Shown here piece after piece: positions 39,365 through 47,288 of a DNA stretch of 50,340 nucleotides. The notes beneath the pieces were generated by a model, which did not search any database, was not told the DNA's origin, and saw nothing but the letters and a program-made list of their open reading frames with translations. The stretch comes from an uncultured bacterium (GTDB lineage Bacteria; Patescibacteriota; Minisyncoccia; Phycocordibacterales; GWA1-40-21), in assembly GCA_963840885.1 (NCBI GenBank), contig CAWJAN010000003.1:1-50340 (forward strand). Reading direction: 5' to 3'. Position 1 is the first letter of the stretch; each line of letters opens with the position of its first letter. A program made the translations under genes and the position numbers.

Positions 39365-39441
39365 TTTCTAGAATTCTTCCTTTTTCTTCACCTCTTAGAT
39401 TTTCCCTATTCCTTTTTGCATTAAGATAGCATAGTATAATT

Positions 39442-39681
39442 TTGTCGTCCGACGTAATTACTAATATAGAAAGGGATATCGTGAAATTATTATGCGTCGA
39501 CATACTTTGCTTAAATGGTCAACCAGCAGAGGGGGTGCAGATAATAGTTCCGTCTGACTTATCTTCTGAGGAAGAGCATTCTTTTATAACTTTAGAAATT
39601 CAACGATTAAACACGAGATTAACTTCTCGTGGTCAATGCGTTGGAAAGTCTACTACCAAGATCGTAGAGGATCTTCTATAG
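39442..39681 (+). CDS. hypothetical small protein (start uncertain)
   Basis: ORF with TTG/GTG starts only, followed directly by a strong intrinsic terminator. No recognisable motif. Confidence 0.3.
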   Translation: MSSDVITNIERDIVKLLCVDILCLNGQPAEGVQIIVPSDLSSEEEHSFITLEIQRLNTRLTSRGQCVGKSTTKIVEDLL

Positions 39682-39711
39682 GGATCATGTTCCACACATG
39701 ATCCCTTTTTC
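39681..39711 (+). terminator. rho-independent terminator
   Basis: gggatcatg ttccaca catgatccc followed by ttttt. Confidence 0.8.
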
Positions 39712-39726
39712 TTACTATTTTCTTTC

Positions 39727-39756
39727 TTGACAGAGCATGAAAATTGTACTTAAATA
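39727..39756 (+). promoter_or_regulatory. dcw promoter candidate (TTGACA-N17/18-TTAAAT/TAAATA)
   Basis: TTGACA at 39727-39732 and an AT-rich -10 at 39750-39756, about 70 nt upstream of mraZ. Confidence 0.5.
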
Positions 39757-39760
39757 GAAT

Positions 39761-39790
39761 AAGTAGTACAAAGTAGGAAAAAGTAGGAAA
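39761..39790 (+). promoter_or_regulatory. three direct AAGTAG boxes at exact 10-nt spacing: candidate MraZ operator
   Basis: aagtagtaca aagtaggaaa aagtaggaaa (39761, 39771, 39781), between the promoter candidate and mraZ. Confidence 0.6.
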
Positions 39791-39817
39791 TTCTCTTGTT
39801 CTGCCTGCAAGAGAATT
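39789..39817 (+). promoter_or_regulatory. 10-bp hairpin in the mraZ 5' leader
   Basis: aattctcttg ttctgcctg caagagaatt, ending 9 nt before ATG 39826. Confidence 0.5.
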
Positions 39818-39825
39818 AATAATCT

Positions 39826-40260
39826 ATGCTTTTAGGACGATCTGAAGGAAAAATAAGCACCAAATTTCAGGCGGCGTTCCCAAAACGATTTAGGGAAGAT
39901 ACCGGTGATATTTTAATCGTAACGAAAGGACTGGAAAGCTGTCTTATTATCGTGTCTGAGGAAAACTGGAAAACGCTCCTGGAGGGAACTGAAGGAAGAC
40001 CTTTTACAAATAAAGCAACCCGGGAGTTACAGCGTTTTCTTTTGGGAAATGCTGAACGAGTTGAGCTCGATTCAAAAGGACGGTTTGTTATTCCTGAATA
40101 TTTACGGAAGCACGCGGGCATAACAGATGAAGTGATTTTTGCAGGACTTGAGAGGTTTGTGGAAGTGTGGGATAAGGATCAATGGGATAAGCATCAGAAA
40201 GTACTTTCCGACAATATCGCCTCGATCGCGGAAAGGTTAGGTGAGATTGAAGGGAAATGA
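39826..40260 (+). CDS. mraZ: transcriptional regulator MraZ
   Basis: Two SpoVT/AbrB-like halves: ISTKFQAAFPKRFRE and LDSKGRFVIPEYLRKHAGI. It is first in the dcw order. Confidence 0.9.
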   Translation: MLLGRSEGKISTKFQAAFPKRFREDTGDILIVTKGLESCLIIVSEENWKTLLEGTEGRPFTNKATRELQRFLLGNAERVELDSKGRFVIPEYLRKHAGITDEVIFAGLERFVEVWDKDQWDKHQKVLSDNIASIAERLGEIEGK

Positions 40261-41151
40261 CCGAGTTCCATACAAGTGTACTTTTACAGGAAGCAATTGC
40301 AAGTCTGAATATTTCAGAAGGGAAGCGATATATTGATGCCACGCTTGGAGGAGGAGGGCACACGAGGGCGATCCTTGAGAAGGGTGGTCAAGTGTTGGGG
40401 ATTGACCAAGATGAGGAAGCGATTGAACATGTTCGGGTAGAATTCAAAATTCAAAATTCAAAATTCAAAGTTGGTAAAGAATTAATTTTGATGTATGGAA
40501 ACTTTAAAGATATAAGAGAGATCGCAGAGAAAAATGGATTTGGAAAAGTGGATGGGATTCTGTTTGACATTGGTATTTCCAGTCATCATGTCGATACGCC
40601 GGAGAGAGGATTTAGTTTTCAGACAGATGCACCGCTGGACATGAGGATGGATAGAAGTCTAGGTGTTACTGCAGCAGACTTGATAAATGGGTTGTGGAGA
40701 GAAGAATTAATCTCGTTATTTATGAAGCTGGGGGAAGAGTATCGTGCGAAAAAAAATAACGGAAGCAATAATACGCGCGAGAGAAGTTAAGCAAATTGAA
40801 ACGACAAAGGAATTAGCTACGATCATTGAAAAAGCTGTTGGGGGACACGGGGTAGGAATACATCCTGCGACGAAAGTGTTTCAGGCATTAAGGATTGCTG
40901 TGAACGATGAATTGAACAGCTTAGAAGAGGGATTAAGCGGTGCAATTGATCTTTTACAGTCAAAGGGAAGGATCGTAGTTATATCATTTCACTCTCTGGA
41001 AGATAGGATTGTGAAGAATGCATTCTTAGAATTTGAAAATAAAGGGTTAGGAATAATTCTTACCAAGAAGCCTATGGTACCAAGCGGTGACGAACAGAAG
41101 CGAAACAAAAGAAGCAGAAGTGCGAAGATGAGAATTTTTGAGAGAGGGTAA
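40257..41151 (+). CDS. rsmH: 16S rRNA (cytosine1402-N4)-methyltransferase RsmH; one frameshift at A8 run 40749-40756
   Basis: HTSVLLQEAI, DATLGGGGHT, FDIGISSHHVD, ERGFSF, then after the A run KITEAIIRAR...ATKVFQALRIAVNDEL...ISFHSLEDRIVK. Confidence 0.9.
40441..40468 (+). repeat. AATTCAA heptamer tract (4 exact units) inside rsmH
   Basis: aattcaa x4, translated EFKIQNSKFK, in the variable linker between the SAM-binding GID motif and the YGNF strand. Confidence 0.9.
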
Positions 41152-41290
41152 AGCGTTAAGGGTAAAGGGAAAAGTGAAATGTTTAAGGTCTAATTTCTAA
41201 TGCCTAAAGAAAACTACAGTGGCAAAGTTTATTAGATTTTAAAGCATTTGACATTTTATTAGAAATTAGGAATTAGACATTTGGCATTAC
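41145..41290. repeat. intergenic spacer built from 7-nt periodic degenerate repeats in inverted arrangement
   Basis: agggtaa agcgtta agggtaa agggaaa agtgaaa tgtttaa ggtctaa tttctaa tgcctaa (41145-41207), then ttagaaa ttaggaa ttagaca tttggca (41259-41286). Confidence 0.85.
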
Positions 41291-41320
41291 TGTGGAGGAC
41301 ATTATAGATTAAGTTATTAT

Positions 41321-41608
41321 ATGAATAGAACAAAGATTTTTTTTGCATTGTTATTTGGTATCGTGGCTTTGTCGGCTGTTATTCAGGTATCGGCCTCAAA
41401 TTTTCTGTCGACTGATGGAATAGATTTGGCTCAAGTTCAAAACAGAATCGAAGCGTTAAAAAAAGAAAATATTCTTTTGAAACAAAAGATTTATGCCAGT
41501 GCTTCCTTGACAGAAATCGCGTCTGAAGCTGCGACTCTTGGATTTATTCCAAGTAATGACACCGTGTTTATCGATACCTCCTCGCAGCCCATCGCTATTA
41601 AACCATGA
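41321..41608 (+). CDS. ftsL: FtsL-like cell division protein
   Basis: 95 aa, single N-terminal TM helix, coiled-coil segment NRIEALKKENILLKQKI. It lies between rsmH and ftsI, and its stop overlaps the ftsI start. Confidence 0.7.
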   Translation: MNRTKIFFALLFGIVALSAVIQVSASNFLSTDGIDLAQVQNRIEALKKENILLKQKIYASASLTEIASEAATLGFIPSNDTVFIDTSSQPIAIKP

Positions 41609-43293
41609 CATGGCGTTACCACCTTATTCTGCTTTTCTTCGGTCTGGCATTCATGGCTATCACAGCAAAGCTCTTCTGGTGGCAGGTCGTAAAAGCTGAA
41701 GAGCTTTCAGATCTAGGTCAGGCACAGTACTCAAAAAATCTCCAAATAGAACCCATTCGGGGTGACATAAAAGCATCAGACGATTTTCCTCTCGCGACAA
41801 ATAAGCTATCATATCTTGTTTTCGCGAATCCGAAAGAAATTGGCGATAAAGAAGATACTGCAAATAAATTGGCACCCATTCTGGGCATGGACAGCGCGAC
41901 TATAAGCGGGAAGTTGACTCAAGATAAATTTTGGGTTCCGATAAAACCGAGTATCGATGAAGATACCAGAAAGACAATTGATGCGCTCCGTATACCTGGT
42001 GTTGGTTTTCAGGAGGAATATGGCAGGCTTTATACTGAAGCGTCAACAGCTGCACAACTTCTTGGATTTGTTGGTAAGGATACATTCGGAAATGATAAAG
42101 GGTATTTTGGCTTAGAAGGGTATTACGATAGGCAATTACGTGGCAGAGCAGGACAGGCAGTTATCATTAACGATGCATTTGGGCGTCCTGTTTTATCGAA
42201 ATTTGATGGTAGTTCCGGAGAGTTAGACGGCCGGTCATTTCTGACGCTCCATATTGATCGTGCTATCCAGTTCCTCGTTGAATCGAAATTAAAGGCAGGA
42301 ATTAATAAATACGGTGCTGAAAGCGGTATGGCTGCGGTCATGGACCCGGCAACCGGGGGTATACTGGCTATGTCGGCATTTCCATCATTTGATCCGAGAA
42401 GCTATGGAAATTACGATGTTTCACTGTATAAAAATCCCTTTATCACGGATACGTACGAACCAGGATCTACGTTTAAGCCTCTTGTTATGGCGGCAGGAAT
42501 GGAGTCTCATCTCATTACACCTACTTCGACCTGTCCTGTTTGCGGGGGTCCGGTTTCAAGTCGGAGGATACGATATCCATACTTGGAATGATCAGTATTT
42601 TGCTAACACCGATATGACGCACATCATGATTGACTCCAGACAATACCGGTATGGTGTATATTGCCCAAAGATTAGGCCTGGATCGTATGTTGTCGTATCT
42701 GGGTAAATATGGGATAGGAGATTCGACGGGGATAGATTTAGAAGGTGAGTTGGCACCGGGATTAAAACGCAACCGGATTGGTATCCGATTGATCTGGCGA
42801 CCGCGGGATTCGGGTCAGGGAATTTCTGTCACCCCCATAGAGCTTCTGGACGCATTTGCTACTATCGCGAATAAGGGTCAGCGTATGGAACCTCATGTCG
42901 TGTCGGAGATTACCACTCCTGATGGTCAGCAGATAACTATCCCGCCGAAAGTACTGGACCAGCCAATTGCTGAAGGAACTGCGAAAGTCATGACTGAAAT
43001 CTTAGTTCACGCAGTCGATGAGGGAGAGGCGAAGTTTGCCAGACTGGCAAAGGATATCGAATAGCCGGAAAGACCGGTACAGCGTCAATTCCACTGAACG
43101 GACATTATGATCCACGAAAACGATTGCTTCATTTATCGGATTCGCTCCAGCCGATAATCCAAAGTTTATTATGTTGGTTATCTTAAACAAGCCCACTGCT
43201 TCAATTTATGGCGCCGAAACCGCTGCGCCCATATTCTTCGACATCGCGAAAAACTTGCTGGTCTATTATGGAATTCCACCGAGTGGAGATTAA
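41605..43293 (+). CDS. ftsI: class B penicillin-binding protein (FtsI/PBP2-type transpeptidase); at least five frameshifts
   Basis: N-terminal TM helix and dimerisation domain, then STFKP (SxxK). SDN is readable after a shift near 42640, GFGQGISVTP after a compensated pair at about 42770/42815, and AGKTGTA after a shift near 43055. The C-terminus YYGIPPSGD ends at 43291-43293. Confidence 0.85.
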
Positions 43294-43297
43294 TGTC

Positions 43298-43702
43298 TGT
43301 CATTCCGGCTTGTCCGGAATCTCATCGACTTACACGAGGATTGATGGATTGAGTTGGTGGTAAAGATCCTTGAAGGTTGGATTCATCAGTTGATATGAGT
43401 TCTAACTTTATCTTTTCGTGACATATTTTTGATTTGTTTCTCTCTGATGATTGCTTGTGATGATCCTTCTATTGCCTCGTAATATATTAAGTTGTGTAGG
43501 TTATATTTCTGAGTAAATCCCTTTATAATCTCCAAGCTTGTGTTCTTGGAGTTCTTCGAAGTAGCATTATTCGTGACACCAGTGTATAAACGGGGTTGTT
43601 GCTCTTGTTACCCATAATGTAGACAAACATGTACTTGCTAGTCATACCGATTCAATTTACAGTCTACCAGATTGAAGAGATTCCGGACAAGCCGGAATGA
43701 CA
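43298..43702. mobile_element. 405-bp element with perfect 26-bp terminal inverted repeats enclosing a degenerate GIY-YIG nuclease gene
   Basis: TGTCATTCCGGCTTGTCCGGAATCTC at 43298-43323 is the exact reverse complement of 43677-43702. Each arm is itself a hairpin. Confidence 0.8.
43387..43645 (-). pseudogene. GIY-YIG (COG2827/URI-type) nuclease gene, spread over three frames
   Basis: The minus strand reads MTSKYMFVYIMGNKSNN, then YTGVTNN, LLRRT, EHK, and KGFTQKYNLHNLIYYEAIEGSSQAIIREKQIKNMSRKDK in different frames. Confidence 0.7.
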
Positions 43703-43707
43703 TATCA

Positions 43708-44037
43708 TCAACGTATATTCGTTCCTGGGGGAGTTTTTTTAAGAGGTTTAAGCGGCAGTGGTACTTTTCCGTCTGCGGCGAGGATCATGCCTTCGGAGAA
43801 TTCGCCCATCATCTTTCTGGGTTCTAAGTTGATTATGAAGACAAATGTTTTTCCTATAAGTTGCTCGGGGGTATAAAATTGTGAGATTCCGGAGAGGATG
43901 TTTCGCTGTCCTTCCGGACCGAAGTCGACTGTCAGACGAAGTAATTTGTTCGAACCCTCTTTGTGTTCACAGTTAAGAATTGTACCTACCCTGAGATCAA
44001 GTTTATCAAAATCTTCAAATGTAATAAGTGGTTTCAT
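43708..44037 (-). CDS. csaA: tRNA-binding domain protein (CsaA/Trbp111/EMAP-like)
   Basis: FDKLDLRVGTILNCE, LLRLTVDFG, ILSGISQFYTPEQLIGKTFVFIINLEPRKMMGEFSEGMILAA. Confidence 0.85.
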   Translation of the reverse strand: MKPLITFEDFDKLDLRVGTILNCEHKEGSNKLLRLTVDFGPEGQRNILSGISQFYTPEQLIGKTFVFIINLEPRKMMGEFSEGMILAADGKVPLPLKPLKKTPPGTNIR

Positions 44038-44040
44038 ATG

Positions 44041-44320
44041 CTATTGCGGCAGCTCTTCTAAATATTTATCCAATCTCTTCTCGAGTTCTTTTATTTGTTG
44101 ATTGTGGAGCTTTAGGAGTAACATGACGTCTAATATATCTTCACGAAGATCTTTTGTATTTTTATTCATATCCTTGAGATCCTTTCCATATATTCGGATA
44201 TCTTTCCCGACAGATTTAATATCCTGCTTGGTTGCCAGCTTTCGAAGATCGAGAAGTAATGGCTGAAGCGCATGCTTAAAAATTTTTCGTATCGCGCCTC
44301 AAATCTTTCGTCGTCAACAT
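44041..44320 (-). CDS. small coiled-coil protein, hypothetical; one frameshift at the A5T5 run near 44280
   Basis: MLTTKDLRRDTKNF, then in the adjacent frame KHALQPLLLDLRKLATKQDIKSVGKDIRIYGKDLKDMNKNTKDLREDIL...ELEKRLDKYLEELPQ. Its stop is 3 nt from the csaA start. Confidence 0.4.
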
Positions 44321-44464
44321 AGTAGCATCATAAATGTTTTTCTCACTCGGCGCAATCGGCAAACTGGACAAAGTCCGAATCTTATAGTACAATACTTTCG
44401 TGCTCGTGTCTTGTGATTGTTTGCAGACGCGAGCATATTTTGGTTTACGTTTCACTGTCTGTAG

Positions 44465-44526
44465 CCGGAGCACATTTGCAATGTGCTACGAAACGTTTCG
44501 GACCAGGTTGCAAACCTGCTCCGGCC
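44465..44526 (+). repeat. double-hairpin intergenic element (family B), minimal copy
   Basis: ccgg agcacat-ttgca-atgtgct acgAAACGTTTCGG accaggtt-gca-aacctgct CCGGcc. It has the same loops and linker as 37619-37784, with different stem sequences. Confidence 0.8.
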
Positions 44527-44548
44527 TCGATCGTGATATAATAATTTT

Positions 44549-45779
44549 ATGTGGCAGAAGACGAAGAATATCTATCATTTATTCGTAGCTGTCCTCGCAA
44601 ATGTCGTGTATCGTTTTCCCGGCCGTAAACTTACTGTTATCGGCGTTACAGGGACCGATGGAAAAACCACTACTGTCAATCTCATTTATCATATACTCAA
44701 ATCTGCAGGAAAATCCGTATCCATGATTTCCACAGTTGGAGCAAGTATTCATGGAGAGATTTATATCCTCTGTGGATTTTCACGCTCACAATCACCCTGA
44801 TTCATTCTTCATTGCAGAAAGTTTTTATCGAAAGCAGTAAAGGGGAGGAGAAAGCAAAGAGAACTTCATCTTGTTCTCGAAGTCTCCTCTCACGGGGCTT
44901 GATCAATATAAGCCATGGGGTATTCCATTTAAAGTCGGGGGTTATAACGAATATTACTAACGAGCATTTGGCATTATCATAAGACATATGATAATTATCT
45001 TCTCATGCGAAAGCAAAACTTCTCAAGAAAGCAAAGATCTGGGCACTCTTCTCAATAAGGATGATGGAGCTTTCGAAAAGCTGCAGCGAACACTTACACA
45101 TCAGAAACTGGTTACGTATGGCATTCGCTCGGCTGTTGATGTTTCTCCGAAATCGTTTCCGTTTACATCCCGTCTGCCCGGCGAATTTAATACATACAAT
45201 ATGCTTGCCGCAATCGCAGTTTGTACATCTCTTGGTATTTCCAATGAAAAAATAAAAGACGGGTTAGCTTCGTTTACGCTACCCTTAGGCAGGATGAACA
45301 TGATAAAAAACGGGATGGGAATGGATATATTTGTCGACTATGCACACACCCCAAATGCTCTCACTCAAGCATTAACGACGCTCAATTCGATGAGGAAGAA
45401 AAACTCAAAAATAATTTCGATCATCGGAGCGGAAGGGTATAGAGATATCAAGAAACGTCCAAAGTTGGGAGAAATTGCCATGTCCCTTTCTGATAGAGTT
45501 ATTATTACATCGGTCGATCCGCGGGGACTGATGGATGAGATAAATAAGGCTATTTTAACTGGTGCTAAAAAGGCAGGAGGAGAATTGGGAAAAAACGTAT
45601 TTATTGAACCTGATAGACAAAAGGCAATCGATATGGCAATACACACGTTAGGTAAAAAAGGCGATATTATTGGGATCTTCGGAAAAGGCCACGAGAGGTC
45701 AATGAATATGGATGGCAAGCACGAGCTCCCATGGAGTGACTATGAAGCAGTGGAAACAGCGTTAAGAGCGAGGGCATAG
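44549..45779 (+). CDS. murE: UDP-N-acetylmuramoyl-tripeptide synthetase MurE; dense frameshift cluster at 44770-45045
   Basis: VIGVTGTDGKTTT. VLEVSSHG, LDQYKPWGIPFKVG, VITNITNEHL and AKAKLLKKAK are each readable in a different frame. ORF 44988..45779 follows (DYAHTPNAL, IIGAEGYRD). Confidence 0.8.
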
Positions 45780-45873
45780 CGTTTCGTCTTCGTTAATATT
45801 TCCACCGACGCTAAGACTATGGAAGATAAAACGGTGGGCAAGCAAGGGTAAAGAATTATAGTATCATAATTGT

Positions 45874-46419
45874 ATGAAGTTTCTGAAATTAACGAAAGAG
45901 AAGGTATATATTGCTCTTCTTTTACTACCAAACATACTATTAATCGCAGTACTTATTCCTCTGCATAATATTTGGATGCAACTCATTCTGTCAATTTGCG
46001 TTTCTTACATAGCAATCAGTCTCATAGCTTCTCCGATTATTCGCTTTGTGATGTTTCTTCCTTTTTTTAAGCTTACACTAGCTAGAGTTATCATAACATT
46101 GCTTATTACATGGGGGTTCTATATTGTATTGAATTTTATGCTTTCTTTCTATGGCACAAGCTCGCAATGTATCAATATTCCTACGATTCCAGATTCGAAC
46201 ACAAATATATCTACCATTCCAATTCAACCCCAAGACCCATGGTGTAATAATGACAATACTACGTTTAATCCATTATATTATAGTTTTATACATATATTAC
46301 CAACTACTATCAACATAGTATTCTTGTTACCTATAATTCAATATATAATTGCTTGTGGATTAGTATATCCATTCACTAAGCTCAATAGAAAAAAGCGAAC
46401 TAAGAAGAATTCTGATTAG
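45874..46419 (+). CDS. hypothetical polytopic membrane protein
   Basis: Intact 181-aa ORF with about 4 TM helices and a basic C-terminus. Confidence 0.5.
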   Translation: MKFLKLTKEKVYIALLLLPNILLIAVLIPLHNIWMQLILSICVSYIAISLIASPIIRFVMFLPFFKLTLARVIITLLITWGFYIVLNFMLSFYGTSSQCINIPTIPDSNTNISTIPIQPQDPWCNNDNTTFNPLYYSFIHILPTTINIVFLLPIIQYIIACGLVYPFTKLNRKKRTKKNSD

Positions 46420-46435
46420 CGGCAGTGTGGAAAAT

Positions 46436-47164
46436 ATGTATAAAGACGGGAACATTTATAAGTTTTCAATATTTAAGAATTATAAAAATCTGATCCATGG
46501 GACATCGACGAAATACTATGGTAGTATGAAGAAAGACAGTATCGAAAGTACCCGGAATCAGCCAAAGTTCTTATCCGATTTGAATATACCGGACGAAGAA
46601 TTTGTGAGGCTCCATCAAGTACATAGCAGTGCTGTCCATACAATCCTTGAGGGAAATGGTTTGACAAAGAAAACTGGTGATGGAATGGTAACCGATCAGA
46701 AAAATATTTTTATGGGCGTAAGCACTGGAGATTGTTTGCCTATTTTTTTCTATGATCCTGATAAAAATACTACAGCGATTATTCACGCAGGCTATATGGG
46801 TCTCCTATTGGGAATTATCCACGAGGTAGTAGTGAAATTGAAAAAAATAGGCGTTATGCCTGAATCTACTCGGGTTGGTATTGGACCGGGGATTGGGATC
46901 GAGTGCTACGATGTCCCGGAAGAGCGAGTTAAAAAGTTTAGGAAACAGTATCCTAAATTAAAAGATTTTTATGAAATTCGGGAACAGAAGTATTATCTCA
47001 GCCTTTCTGCGATTGCCGAACAATTGTTGTTGGCGAATGGCTTTATGAAAGAAAATATAGAAGTCGCAAATATTTGTACGAGTTGTCATACCGATGAGTT
47101 TTTCTCATATCGTAAGGATATTGATAAGAATAGAAGATTTATGAACGTGATCGGAACGATATAG
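46436..47164 (+). CDS. pgeF: peptidoglycan editing factor PgeF / YfiH (DUF152, laccase-domain protein)
   Basis: LIHGTSTK, LHQVHSSAV, GDGMVTD, STGDCLPIFFYD, IIHAGYMG, CTSCHTDEFFSYRKD. Confidence 0.85.
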   Translation: MYKDGNIYKFSIFKNYKNLIHGTSTKYYGSMKKDSIESTRNQPKFLSDLNIPDEEFVRLHQVHSSAVHTILEGNGLTKKTGDGMVTDQKNIFMGVSTGDCLPIFFYDPDKNTTAIIHAGYMGLLLGIIHEVVVKLKKIGVMPESTRVGIGPGIGIECYDVPEERVKKFRKQYPKLKDFYEIREQKYYLSLSAIAEQLLLANGFMKENIEVANICTSCHTDEFFSYRKDIDKNRRFMNVIGTI

Positions 47165-47174
47165 ATATTATTCT

Positions 47175-47233
47175 AACAATTGAACAATGAAGCAATGGAG
47201 CCACGTAGAACGTGGCAAGCAATGAAACAATTC
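47175..47233 (+). repeat. CAATG octamer module (right-arm type only) with central mini-hairpin, copy 5
   Basis: aacaattg aacaatga agcaatgg a[gccacgtagaacgtggc]a agcaatga aacaattc, 56 nt upstream of murC. Confidence 0.9.
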
Positions 47234-47288
47234 GTTTAAGATATATAAGAATAGCGAACATCAAGAAAGTGTTCATAGAAAAACGAAC

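Noticed and set aside
44276-44588. ORFs 44276..44473 (-) and 44400..44588 (+) upstream of murE
   Set aside because: The + ORF runs through the double-hairpin element and into the murE start. Only the downstream end of the - ORF (from ATG 44320, MLTTKDLRRDTKNF) fits as the start of the small coiled-coil gene. The upstream remainder looks non-coding.
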